A stretch of 64,000 nt of DNA. It comes from Octopus sinensis (Eukaryota). This document shows, one piece after another, positions 13,168 through 26,846 of this stretch. Made by a program: the position numbers and the translations under genes. The notes under the pieces are model-generated. The model did no database searches. It was not told the DNA's origin and worked only from the letters and a program-made list of their open reading frames with translations. The stretch covers positions 43,896,001 to 43,960,000 of the forward strand of contig NC_043014.1 of assembly GCF_006345805.1 (NCBI RefSeq). Direction: 5' to 3'. How positions within the stretch are numbered: the first letter of the stretch is position 1; each line of letters begins with the position of its first letter.

Positions 13168-14489
13168 TTCTCTCTTTTTACTTGTTTCAGTCATTTGACT
13201 GCGGCCATGCTGGAGCACCACCTTTAGTCAACCCCAGGACTTATTCTTTGTAAGCCTAGTACTTATTCTATCGGTTCTCTTTTGCCGAACCACTAAGTTA
13301 CGGGGACGTAGACACACCAGCATCGGTTGTCAAGCGATGTTGGGAGGACAAACAGACACACAAAACACATACACACACACACACATATATATATACATAC
13401 ACGACGGGCTTCTTGCAGTTTCCGTCTACCAAATCCACTCACAAGGCTTTGGTCAGCTCGAGGCTATAGTAGAAGACACTTGCCCAAGGTGCCACGCAGT
13501 GGGACTGAACCCGTGGTTGGTAAGCAAGCTACTTACCACACGCAACAAGGATATCCAGAGGTAATGCAGTACTTCTGGATATCCTTGTTGCTTAGTTTGA
13601 TTATAATCACCTTATTTTAAATTATATGGATAATACCATACTAAATTCTGGTGCCTTCAACTTAAGTACCATATTCATCTGAATCTAAATTTTACTACTT
13701 GACAACCAATGATGGTGTGTTTTCATCCCTGTAACTTAGTGGTTTAGCAAAAGAGATCAATAGAATATGTACCAGGCTTAATTTTTTTCTTTTTATTTAC
13801 CAAGGCTTTTCCCCATAGGAAAGGGTGGCCACAACTAGACACACACCAGGCATTCCTTTCATTTCCCAGCTCAAAGAGGCGAGCTCTGTCACCAGGTCCA
13901 GGAATCGAAACTACAATCTTACAATCCCGAGTCCAACACCCTAACCACTAAGCCATGTGCATCTACTTGACCCTGGTTAGATGAAAAAACAAAAAAATTT
14001 GAACCCAAAGAACATAAAGATCCCTGACTAAATACCACAGGTGTTTTGTCCGACTCATTATCGATTCTACCCATTCATCCTTGTTGTGGTGGTGATGACG
14101 ACGACGATGATGATGATGGTTCTAATTGTGATGGTGGTGGTGGTGGTGGCAATGGCATTAGGGTATTCAGTTCTGGTAATTTCTCAGAGTACATTGTAAT
14201 GTGCATTAAAACACAAATGACAATCAAATGATTAATATTTCCAAATAACAATAATGATACATAATGATACACACACATACACAGTAATAACACATAATAA
14301 CATAATAACACATAGACTAGTAATAGCGGTAATTACAATAATAATACAGTAATTACAGTAACCTGATTATGTTGAATGTAGAATAGAAATTCGTAGACAT
14401 ACGTTAGACCCCAGTCCCCCTCCATCAATGGTAAGGAAGAGCGTTGAACAATGAGGTGCAGAATTGTACTAAATCTAGTTATTTGAGCA

Positions 14490-14607
14490 TGAGTGTGTGT
14501 GTGTGTAGATGTATTTATATTTGTATATGTGTGTTTATATATATATGTGTGTGTGTATGATGATGATGATATATGTATATATATATATATATGTGAATGA
14601 TGATGTG

Positions 14608-14638
<31 letters not shown>

Positions 14639-15100
14639 ATGATGATGATGATGATGTATATATATATGTGTATGATGATGTGTGTATATATATGTGTGTG
14701 TGATGATGTATGTGTGTATGTATATATGTGTAGATATATATATGTGTGTGTGTGTATGATGATGATGTATATATATATATGTGTGTGTGATATATAGATT
14801 TATGTGTATGATGATGTGTGTATATATATATATGTGTGTGTGTGATGATGATGCGTGTATGTATATATGTGTGTGTAGATATATATATCTGAGTGTATTG
14901 ATGATGATGATGATGTATGTGTGTATGTATATATGTGTGTGTAGATATATATATATATCTCAGCGTATTGATGTGTGTGAGTGTAGATATATTTATATTT
15001 GTATATGTCTGTTGGTATATGTATGTATGCATGTGTACGTATGTGTGTCTGTATATATATATATATGTGTGTCTATATATATATATATGTGTGTGTGTGT
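14490..15100. repeat. Mixed (TA)/(TG)/(GAT) microsatellite
   Basis: Direct reading. Confidence 0.9.
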
Positions 15101-16422
15101 GTTGTTCAGCTCCAGGTCAGCTCTGAGCTAGCAAACCAGTGTGCTGTAAATCTTAATTTGGCTGCTCCTTCTAGCAGTTTGGGTGACTACATAGATGCTT
15201 CTCTTGTTGGCTAGCATCTCCTAATATCTACAAGCATGCAATAGTCTTATCAACAATGTGCTATCCTGTCTGTGACAACTATGGTGATGGTGGTGGTGCG
15301 GAACAAGCTATACCTGTTCTTGGTAACCTGTGAGTAAATACATCTTGAGTATCTGCTAAATATCTGTACAGTGTTCCCTTGTATGACAACTGTAGGGTAA
15401 AGGAAATGTATCCATCATACAGCCTTAGTATCTGCTTCATGTCTCTACATTGTTCTATTGTGTAACAGCTGTGGGGAAAACGAACTGTTTCTAAAATCTT
15501 TAGTATCTACCAGATGTCAGTACAATGTTCCCTTGTGGTACACCTACTGAGGAAAGAAACTAGTCTTGAACCTAGTTATTTGGGATTGAATAGTTTTATA
15601 ATATCTACTATACAGACGACAGCATGACGACAGCCTATATTGTTGATAATTACAGCGAGCTGGCAGAAACGTTAGCACGCCGGGCGAAATGCGTAGTCGT
15701 ATTTCGTCTGCCGTTAAGTTCTGAGTTCAAATTCTGCTGAGGTCGACTTTGCCTTTCATCCTTTCGGGGTCGATAAATTAAGTACCAGTTACGCACTGGG
15801 GTTGATATAATCGACTTAATCCATTTGTCTGTCCCCTCTGTGTTTAGCCCCTTGTGGGTAGTAAAGAAATATATGTAGTTGATAATATGATCAGTGAATG
15901 AGATAATGTTGATTGCCTTCCTCAAACAGAGAGAGGAATATCAATGTTTTTTTAAGATCAGTTTTTACTATCAGTTGTAGTCCTTATGGATACAGTTTCA
16001 CCCTCCATGTATCCACCTAGAAATTCTTACTCAAGTTCCCTTGGCTCACTGATAAAAAATTTTAACTAGATGTAGGAAGAGGGTTAGTGAGAATATAATG
16101 TCTAGGTAGGACAGAGTTCCAATACCACCTACTGTCAGTATCAATAAATAATTTCTCCTTTCATGACAGTAACAGATTATAGGAAGTATGGTGTTTATAA
16201 CATGTACAGTAAATACTAGAGATGAACAGTAACAGGGGGCAGGGTGCAATCTATCAGAATATACAAAATTAACATACAGGAAAGCAACTGGGTATCAAAC
16301 ATATTGATAAAAGTATAGTGTATGCAAGCAAATAAATGCTTGTGTAATGCAATTGTTTGTTATGTGATGGGTAAAAAAACAAATGTACTGTATGTTAGGG
16401 TTTGAAGAAAACTGGTCGAGAT

Positions 16423-16826
16423 AGGCGCAGGAGTGGCTGTGTGGTAAGTAGCTTGCTAACCAACCACATGGTTCTGGGTTCAGTCCCACTGCGTGGCATC
16501 TTGGGCAAGTGTCTTCTGCTATAGCCTCGGGCCGACCAAAGCCTTGTGAGTGGATTTGGTAGACGGAAAGTGAAAGAAGCCTGTCGTATATATGTGTATA
16601 TATATGTATGTGTGTGTGTATATGTTTGTGTGTCTGTGTTTGTCCCCCTAGCATTGCTTGACAACCGATGCTGGTGTGTTTACGTCCCCGTCACTTAACC
16701 GTTCGGCAAAACAGACCGATAGGATAAGTACTGGGCTTACAAAGAATAAGTGCCGGGGTCGAGTTGCTCGACTAAATGCGGTGCTCCAGCATGGCCACAG
16801 TCAAATGACTGAAACAAGTAAAAGAG
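16423..16826 (+). mobile_element. SINE family A
   Basis: aggcgcaggagtggctgtgtggtaag...ggttcagtcccactg...cttgggcaagtgtcttct...aaacaagtaaaagag. Confidence 0.85.
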
Positions 16827-17952
16827 AAAGAGAAAGAGAAGACTTACCCAATGTGTGAAGGGAGAATGGTTAGGACAAGTCCAGGAATATTCAGTGTCAC
16901 ATATGGAATTACATAAAAATTAACTTATAGAGAGATATGCTGTCATTTGTTAACTTACTAGTTATCAAGTAACAGCATCTTTCTACTAGCATAAAGAAAA
17001 GGGATGCAGCACACCCAGTAAAGTGGTCGGCGTTAAGCAGGCCCTGCATCTGTGGAAACTATGACAAGCTGACTCTGGACTTCACCATAGCCCTGCTGCT
17101 TGCTGGATCCTATCAAACTGTCCGACCTATGTTGAGCCGGTGAGAGGACTTTTACACAGTTCTTTAACCAGTTAGAAATTGCATCCCAATCTCCCTTAAA
17201 TCACACCTCACCAATTTTAAAGACAGTCATTAAGATGCTCTTAAATACTTGGAGAAAATAAAAAGGAAATGATATGGTAATAACTGGAGTCCCCTTTTTA
17301 TTTTTTTATTTGTTTCTGTCATTTGACTGTGGCCATGCTGGAGCACCACCTTTAGTCGAGAAAATCGACCTCAGGACTTTGTAAGCCTAGTACTTATTCT
17401 ATCGGTCTCTCTTGCCGAACCACTAAGTGACGGGGACATAAACACACCAGCATTGGTCGTCAAGCGATGTTCAGGAGACAAACGCAGACACACAAACATA
17501 TATATCATCATCATCATCATTTGGCATGGGTTGGACGGTTCAACTCGGGTCTGGGAAGCCAGAAGGCTGCACCAGGCCCAGTCTGATCTGGCAATGTTTC
17601 TATGACTGGATGCCCTTCATATATATACATATATACGACAGGTTTCTTTCAGTTTCTGTCTATCAAATCCACTCACAAGGCTTTGGTCGGCCCAAGGCTA
17701 TAGTAGAAGACACTTGCCCAAGGTGTCACACAGTGGGACTAAACCTGGAACCATGTGGTTGGTAAGCAAGCTACTTACCGCACAGCCACTCCTGTGCCTT
17801 TGGTCAGAAGTCTGTTCACTTAAGGCCAAACTGGAACTTAACTACAGCCGTAGGGACAACTTGATGGTGGGATGGAAAGTTGGACATACAAGTAACCGTC
17901 CTGCAAATGATGGCTGGTATGTTTTACTGAGGTCTCTAAAGAAAATAACAGC

Positions 17953-17998
<46 letters not shown>

Positions 17999-18469
17999 GA
18001 ATTATTCAGGGTCATAGCTTGAAAACGAAAACAAAAAAAAAAGAGAAATTGTCAAATAACCATATACGCAAATAATTAAAGTAAACCATTGTTTCACACA
18101 GTTTGAAGTTTCCTTTATTTTTTTATTTTTTGTTTGGTTATTTCATTTATTTTTCTTTTCTTTTTTTTTCTTGTTTTTGTGCGTTATGAAACGTGTAAGG
18201 AAAGGAAACAGGAAGTAATTTATTATGAACATTATTGAATTATATAATACATAAAACACTTGGCATTCACTCTCCCTTTCTCTCCCTCTTCTTTCTCTGG
18301 CCCTCTCCTCTCTTTGAACCCCCGCCACTAACACCACCACATTATATATAACTGAAGTCCCTTACTGTTATCCAATCAGGACTTTAGCGACTTGTTTCTT
18401 TTCATCTTAGACTTTTTTTTTTCTAACTTCACTAAAAAGCAAAAATTAATTTATTTTCCTTCATAATAC

Positions 18470-18665
18470 CAACGATAATAATAATTAATAATAATAATAA
18501 TAATATAATAATAATAATAATGATAATAATAATAATGATTTATTCATTTATCTTTAATCATAACAGTAACACGAATGACTGTTGTACTACAACACCTAGT
18601 ACCGATAATAATAGTTTGTTTTTATTTATGTTTAGTTATAACAGCTCCAACAACTGTACTACAAA

Positions 18666-18699
<34 letters not shown>

Positions 18700-18850
18700 G
18701 CTACTACTACTACTACTAATGATAATAATAATGATAATAATAATACTGATGATGATAGCAACAACAACAGCAGCTATAATAATAGCAGTAGTAGTAGTAG
18801 TAGTAGTAATAATAATAATAATTATAATAATGACTATAATAACTAATTAT
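18470..18850. repeat. (AAT)/(ACT)/(AGT) microsatellite cluster
   Basis: Direct reading. Confidence 0.9.
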
Positions 18851-19066
18851 TATTGTTGTGTTTCCCACATTTTTACTCCCTAACTCGCTCCTCCTGTGTT
18901 TTTATTGACTCAGTCGCTTTGTAAGGAAAATTAAGTTTCTTTCCAATATTTCCAACTATAATGAACTCTTCCATCTCTCTCTCTCTCTCCTTCTCTTTCT
19001 CTTTCTCCCTCCCCACCTCTCTCCAGCATCATAATTAGATATCAGCTTACCATTCCTGTATGATTA

Positions 19067-19112
<46 letters not shown>

Positions 19113-19204
19113 CATCATTATAATTTTACTATTATTATTGTTATTTTAAAAAATGTATGTGTACATGTATATATACACATTCATATATATATATGTGTGT
19201 GTAA

Positions 19205-19239
<35 letters not shown>

Positions 19240-20145
19240 TAAATGTATATATTATATATATATATATATATAAACACATACACACACACACACATATATA
19301 TATATGTATATTATATATATATGTATATATATATGTATATATATATATATATATATATTCATATATGTCTGTTGTTTTTAATAATATCTTGTTGTAGTGT
19401 TTTAACTACTGTTAGAGCAGTTATTAGCATTAGTTGTTTTTTCAGTCCTTTTTTTCAGTTTCCTTTTGTGGGATTTGAGGATGAAAAAAAAATCATTAAT
19501 TTATTGAGTTTGGTTGTTTATTGGTGACTAGAATATGGATTATTGTCCTCGATTGTATTTTTAAGATTCTTCATCAGAGCCATCATTTTCATGCCCCCCA
19601 CCCACCCACCCCCCGTCTTTCCATCCTTGTCACACACACCAAAAAAATAAAAATAAAATAAATAATAGTAGTGGTATTATATCATGCCCTTCTGCCATCA
19701 GAGAACAAAGAAGTCTCAATGCTGTTGCTGAAGTTTCTAGATATGGCAGCTAAATTCCCCTCACATATTCCCCTATTGTCTTAACTGGAGAAAGGACAGA
19801 TGAGATAGTGTAATCGTTGATGGGTGTAAAAGAATAAAGACAGGATGGTAAATATGGAATGGGAAATTTTGGTTGTAGAACCAGTCAGCTGCAGCTCTTC
19901 TGACTATTACTTATTTCTGTTGTTGGAATGAAGCCATGCTGGGGCAAGCTTGGTACTTGGTTGTCTCCAGGCTATAGTAGAAGACACTTGCCCAAGGTGC
20001 CACGCAGTGGGAATGAACCCGGAACCATGTGGTTCGTAAGCAAGCTTCTTAACATGCAACCAAAATACCATTTACGCACTGGGGTCGATGCAATCCCCCC
20101 TGAAAATTCTAGGCCTTGCGTCTATGATAGAAAGGATTATTTTGA

Positions 20146-20456
20146 ACTAGCAGTATCGCCTGGCGTTGCTCGCGTTTGTAAGAGAATTACTATATAAGCA
20201 TTTTTTAGAGAGTTACTTCCCTTATATAAATCGAGCAAAAAATGCATTAAAAAAACGAAAAAATGATTGTAAATTTTTTTTTAAATCGTAGACTCATCGT
20301 AGACGCACGCTAATACCCAGAAGGGCTCGATATGAATCACGATTATAAGATACCCGCTTTTGGTTAAACTGCACTGCAAAATGTGGGAGTAGTTAGGAAT
20401 CTAAATCGGAGGAGACAGACTCTCACACACACAACTTTAGTTTTATATATAAAGAT
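20146..20456 (+). mobile_element. Non-autonomous Helitron-like element, subfamily 2
   Basis: Same 5' end (actagcagtatcgcctggcgttgctcgcgtttgt) and similar 3' end (cacaactttagttttatatataaagat) but a different interior. Confidence 0.5.
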
Positions 20457-20619
20457 TAATCATGCATCATCGCATAGCTGTGAAATTTTACTGATGCAGT
20501 TTTTTTATTATAAGAATGACACTTGCATAGGTGTGAGAAACCAGCTCTATCTAGTTTGAATACAAAACAGGTAGAATTTTTGGGCTGGATGTGGACAGTT
20601 TAAATGCTATAGGGTTAAA

Positions 20620-21090
20620 TGGCATCCATGCTAGTGGAGCACTAAGAGCACCATCCGAGTGTGATTGTTGCCAGAGCGGCTAACTGGCTTCCGTGCCAGT
20701 GGCATGTAAAAAGCACCATTCGAACGTGACTATTACTAGTGTCGTTTTACTGGCACTTGTGCTGGTGGCATGTGAAAAAACATTAGAGTGAGGTCATTAC
20801 CAGTGCCGCTGGACTGGGTCCTGTACAGGTGGCACATAAAAAGCACCATTTGAGCATGGCCGTTGCTGGTACCACCTGCCTGGCCCTCGTGCTGGGTGGC
20901 ACGTAAAAGCACCCACTACACTCTCGGAGTGGTTGGCGTTAGGAAGGGCATCCAGCTGCAGAAACTCTGCCAGATCAAGATTGGAGCCTGGTGCAGCCAT
21001 CTGGTTCGCCAGCCCACAGTCAAATCGTCCAACCCATGCTAGCATGGAAAGCGGACGTTAAACAATGATGATGATGATGATGATGATGAC
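20620..21090 (+). mobile_element. SINE family C (internal ~55-bp subrepeats, RTE-like tail ...ccatgctagcatggaaagcggacgttaaac(gat)n)
   Basis: ggttggcgttaggaagggcatccagc motif and (TGA)n tail. Other copies at ~8001-8303(-), 31620-31875(+), 38395-38700(-), 46615-47002(+), 60310-60660(+). Confidence 0.75.
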
Positions 21091-21458
21091 TGCCAGCCTA
21101 TAAACCATTTATCAGTTATGTCTTGTACAGATTACACATTCTTCCTCTTGATGTCAGTAAGAGTTTTGAATCAGCTTGCCATAGACTCACTGCATTGTTA
21201 TCATTCACCATTTACTTGTTTCTGTCATTAGAGTGTGGCCATGCTGGAACCGTGCCTTGAAAGGTTTTAGGTTTTAGTCCAACAAAGTGATCCTAGTTCT
21301 TATATTTTCTTTCTCTTTCCTTTTTTTTCTTCCAAGTTTCATATTCTATTGCTCAACTTCTAAGTTATGGGGATGTTAACAAACCAGCATCTATTTCTTG
21401 GGATATGTGTGTTTGGTGGTGGTGGGGGGGGGGATATAGGCAGAAAATACACATACAG

Positions 21459-21492
<34 letters not shown>

Positions 21493-21495
21493 CTA

Positions 21496-21575
<80 letters not shown>

Positions 21576-21761
21576 AATATGTGTGTATATATATATATGT
21601 ATATATATATACATATATATATATATATACATTATATATATACACACACACACACATGTATGTATAAACATCTGTGAGTGTGCGTGTCTTTATGTATTTG
21701 TATATGCCTATACATATATATACTGTTGAAAACAGATTAGAGATTATACAAATCAAATTTT

Positions 21762-24700
21762 TATATATAAAAGATGGAGGTGGAAATAGCACATAAGTAA
21801 ATCTAAGACATTTCAATTGAGGGGGAATTTAATAAAAAAATTATATAAAGAAGATATTACTAGTTTCCATGCATCTCATCTTATCAAATATCAGTAAAAA
21901 TTTATAAAAAAATTGAAGTAAAAATAGTTTTTTTCTGTCTGGGGGGTCAAGAACATGTCTGAAGATTTTTTCCTTGAAGTCTTCTTTAAATATATTTTGG
22001 TATAGAGTTCAAAGTGTTGGAAAATGAGAGAAGAGGTGTCTATTGTCTAAAGGAATTCTTTGTGTGTTCCTGTCAAGGGAGTGGCTAAAAAGCATTTCTT
22101 AAAAGGGTTTTATGTCCACCTCTGTGTGTGTGTGTGTGTTGTGTTGAATGTCCTTTCAAAATGTTTTGAAAAATGACCAGCTGTGAGTTGATGGCTGTGT
22201 ATGTTGTGAAGAATTGAGGTTTTTCTTTGGGTTAGATATATTCTTTTGAGTGTCTCCACCTGTGTGTATGTGTTTGTTTTTGTGATGTTTTCTTTTATGT
22301 GTTTGTGATGTTTGTATGGCTATGTGTACTGGCATAAGGCAGGGGGAAATACTAGCCATATTCCTTACATTCCGAGTTCAGAGTTCAAATTCCGCCGAGG
22401 TCGACTTTGCCTTTCATCCTTTCGGGGTCGATAAATAAAGTACCAGTTACACACTGGGGTCGAAGTAATCAACTTAATTCGTTTGTCTGTCCTTGTTTGT
22501 CCCCTCTATGTTTAGCCCCTTGTGGGTAGTAAAGAAATAAATATGAATATTGGGAAAAAGATTTAGGAAATGATTGCAAGTATTTTTCAAAATGATATTG
22601 TTCTTATTTATTGGTTCTCATGCTGGAGCAATGCCTTTAGTCAAGCAAATCGACCCCAGGACTTATTCTTTGTAAGCCTAGTACTTATTCTATCGGTCAC
22701 TTTTGCCGAACCGCTAAGTTACGGGGACGTAAACCCACCACCATCGGTTTTCAAGTCATGTTGTGGGGACAAGCACAGACACGCAAACACATACACAAAC
22801 ATACATATATACGACAGGCTTCTTTCAGTTTCTGTCTACCAAATCCCCTCACAAGGCATTGGTTGGCCCAGGGCTATGGCAGAAGACACTTGCCCAAGAT
22901 GCCACGCAATGGGACTGAACCCGGAACCATGTGGTTGGTTAGCAAGCTACTTACCACACAGCCACTCCTACTATCTCACCCCCATTAAAAATTTGGTTAT
23001 CTCTCCACTAATATACATTAGCGCACCGGGTGAAATGCTTGGCAGTATTTCGTCTGTTCTGAGTTCAAATTCCGCCGAGGTCAACTTTGCCTTTCATCCT
23101 TTCGGGGTCGATAAATAAAGTACCAGTTTCGCACTGGGGGCGATATAATCGACTCAATCCCTTCGTCTGTCCTTGTTTGTCCCCTCTATGTTTAGCCACT
23201 TGTGGGCAGTAAAGAAATATATATTGAGTTTATTTGGCAACAAGAGATTGAATTAAAAGGGTCAGATCCTGTTGATTCAGTACTTCAGTGCATTGTTGAC
23301 TGTTGGCCTCCTTAATAAGCATAGTATGATTCTTTTTTATATAAATGCTATTAGATTCAATAAGATGTTTAATTTTTTCAGTTTTCATGTTTATTAATTT
23401 TTTCAGTATCATAAGATTTGTTATGAAAATATTATCAGATTCAATAAGGTGTTTAATCTTTTAGATTTTCATGTTTTTTAATTGTTTCATTTTTTTGTTT
23501 TTGTTTTGTTGAGGGTTAAACTTTTTTTTTTTTTTGGGTGAGATAACCCAGTTTTTTTTTTAATGAGTGTGAGATAACCAAAAAGTACCCCCACTGTGAA
23601 TACCTTAAGAACTTCTTTGAAAAAATTGAACAAATACTAAATTGAAAAAATAATGGAAAACCTCACAACTCTTTTAAAGAAGTTATAACAAAGGCTTAAA
23701 CAACAAAGATCCGAGACAAAAGTACAAGAAAAAATTCCTTTACCCTTTTACTCTTTTACTTGTTTCAGTCGTTTGACTGCGACCATGCTGGAGCACCGCC
23801 TTTTAGTTGAGCAAATCGACCTCAGGGCTTATTCTTTGTAAGCCTGGTACTTATTTTATTGGTCTCTTTTGCCAGATTGCTAAGTTACGGGGACGTAAAC
23901 ACACCAGCATCGGTTGTCAAGCATTGTTGGGGGGACAGACACAGACACACAAACATACACACACACACACATATATACATATACATATATATGACGGGCT
24001 TCTTTCAGGTGTAAACACACCAGCATCGATTGTCAAGCGATGTTGGGGAGACAAACACACACATATATATACTTATACATACATATACATATACATGACG
24101 GGCTTCTTTCAGTTTCCATCTGCCAAATCCACTCACAAGGCTTTGGTCGGCCCGAGGCTATAGTAGAAGACACTTGCCCAAGGTGCCATGCAGAGGGACT
24201 GAACCCAGAACCATGTGGTTGGTAAGCAAGCTACTTACCACACAGCCACTCCTGCGCCTTTGAGCAGACATATTGCAATCTGTGCAGGAATGGTCTTAGC
24301 AAATTTCAAAATATTTCCCTTCTGGGGATGTAAACACACCAACATCGGCTGTCAAGCGATGTTGGGGACACAAACACACATATATACATACATATACATA
24401 TACACGACGGGCTTCTTTCAGTTTCCATCTGCCAAATCCACTCACAAGGCTTTGGTCGGCCCGAGGCTATAGTAGAAGACACTTGCCCAAGGTGCCATGC
24501 AGAGGGACTGAACCCAGAACTATGTGGTTGGTAAGCAAGCTACTTACCACACAGCCACTCTTGCACCTTTGAGCAGACACATTGCAATCTGTGCAGGAAT
24601 GGTCTAAGCAAATTTCAAAATATTTCCCCTCTGTAGGTACTCAGATTCCATCACACAGCAACAAAGATTGGTTAAAGAAATTTAGCAACAAGTATAAACC

Positions 24701-24857
24701 ACAAATATAGGCCCAACCACAACCAATAAATAACAACAGACACTTAAAAAAAAATTTATACATATTATCTTTCTGAAAAATACTTGCCATCATTTCCTAA
24801 ATCTTTTTTCCAATATTCATATATGCCAACAAGCACACACACACACACACACAAACT

Positions 24858-24892
<35 letters not shown>

Positions 24893-25692
24893 AACTCTCT
24901 CTCACACACACACATGCATACACAAAAAAGAAAATATCACAAAAACACACACATACAAATGAAAACCTCACAAACATTCACACACACAACTCTATACACA
25001 CACACACACACACACAAGAAAACATCCCAACAAAAACACATTCACACATGCTCTCACTCACACACATACACACAGGTAGACACAGTGTGTCTCTACCTGT
25101 GTGTATGTGTTTGTGTGTGTGCAGGCATACATACACATAAAAGAAAATATCCCCCAAAAACACACTCACAAACAAACCCACACACCTACACACAGGTGGA
25201 GACACTCAAAAGAATACATCTAACCCCCCCCCAAAAAAAAATCTTAATTCTTCACAACATACACAGCCATCAGCTCACAGCTGGACATTTTTCAAAGCAT
25301 ATTGAAAGGACATTCAACACAACACACATACACACACACACACACACATATGAAACCCTTTCAAAAAAATGCTTTTTAGCCACTCCCTTGACAGGAACAC
25401 ACAAAGAGTTCTTTTAGACAAAAGACATCCTTTCTCTCATACTCCAACATTTTGAACTCTGTACTAAAGAAGAATTCAAGGAAAAATTCTTCAGACATGT
25501 TCTTGACCCCCAGACAGAAAGTAAACTATTTTTGCTTCAAATTTTACTGATATTTGATCAGATGAGATACATGGAAACTGGTAATATCTTCTTTATATAA
25601 TTTTTTCATAATTTTTTTATTAAATTCCCCCTTAAATTGAAATGTCCAAGACTTACTTCTGTGCTATTTCCACCTCCATCTTTTATATATAT
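21762..25692. mobile_element. Foldback-like structure with long inverted arms (unclassified)
   Basis: 21762-22330 plus 22541-22605 align as reverse complement with 24768-25692 (e.g. aaaagatggaggtggaaatagcac vs gtgctatttccacctccatctttt; gtcaagggagtggctaaaaagca vs tgctttttagccactcccttgac). Both outer ends lie in (TA)n. Several SINEs are inserted inside. Confidence 0.6.
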
Positions 25693-25789
25693 ACACACAC
25701 ATATATATAGTTAATCCAAACATGAAAACACAACAACACGAGGACGTGGAACTAGTATAGTATTATTGGACGCTCTGGAAAGAAGGAGG

Positions 25790-25824
25790 GTTTAACGTTT
25801 CGAGTGGAGCTCTTCGTCAGAAAC
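25790..25824 (-). ncRNA. Minimal type I hammerhead motif, intact core with extra A after A9
   Basis: Minus strand reads gttt-CTGACGA-A-GAG-ctcca-CTC-GAAA-cg-T-T-aaac. Palindromic helix III AACGTT. Lies in a ~190-bp CpG-containing repeat-like segment (25710-25898). Confidence 0.65.
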
Positions 25825-25973
25825 ATAGGAGAAGGAAAGATCCAAAGAAGGGAAGACGGAGGAAAAAAATCGCCAACAGTACACACGCGGTCACATTTTG
25901 TGTGTGTGTACTGGCATATATATATATATACACACACACACACATAGCTCACTTGCAACCCTATATATATATG

Positions 25974-26027
<54 letters not shown>

Positions 26028-26365
26028 TGCAAAGTGAGCTTCTTAACTGCACAGCTATGTCTGTGCCTATGTTGTCTTGCAAACAACTTGCACATGCAAG
26101 AGCTACCAGTCAAGAACTCTGCATACCAGAACCCAGCAAGTGCATGTGATCATCAGGAGATAATGCACACCGTTTCGGGGCCTACCTCTCGACCGGCATC
26201 AATGTGCACCAGTTCCACCTCACTGATATGAGGCCCCACTATGAAGAATAGATGGATGAATATAATCTTTCACCCATGTCACAAACTCAGATTTGTAATT
26301 AACAGCCAAATGATTCTGCGTTTAGTTTCACTGTTTGGTATATTGGTTGACAAATTTCTTCCACC

Positions 26366-26846
26366 TTAACCCTTTCGTTACCAACCCGACTGAAACTGGC
26401 TCTGGCACTGAGTACAAATGTCTTGTTTTCATAAGTTTTGAATTAAAATCTTCCACCAAACCTTGGTCACAATTTGTGTTCCTAACACTAACTTAATGAT
26501 AACCAAGTAATTTTACTCAATTCTTTGTTATATTTAAGATTAATTGAAAGGAACACAGAGCATCTCAGCAGAAATATGGTAACAGGAGGGTTAAAATATA
26601 TAACAGAAAAACAATTCTTAACCTTTTTGATACCAACCTGGCTGAAACCAGCTCTGGCTCTGAGTACAAATGTCCTGTTTTCATAAAAGTGTTGAATTAA
26701 AATTTTCCACCAAACCTTGGCTCAATTTATGTTCCTAACACTAGCTTAATGATAACCAAGTTATTTTACTCAATTCTTTGTTATATTTAAAGTAATTGAA
26801 AGAAACATTGAGCATCTCAAAATAAATACAGAAATGAAAGGGTTAA
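26366..26846 (-). mobile_element. Two adjacent family-1 piggyBac-like MITEs (26366-26594, 26618-26846)
   Basis: Both are reverse-complement copies of 1969-2196 with TTAA ends. Confidence 0.8.

Noticed and set aside
23230-23412. 60-aa minus-strand ORF in the foldback core as a possible transposase or viral remnant
   Set aside because: AT-rich with an internal duplication and no recognisable catalytic motif.
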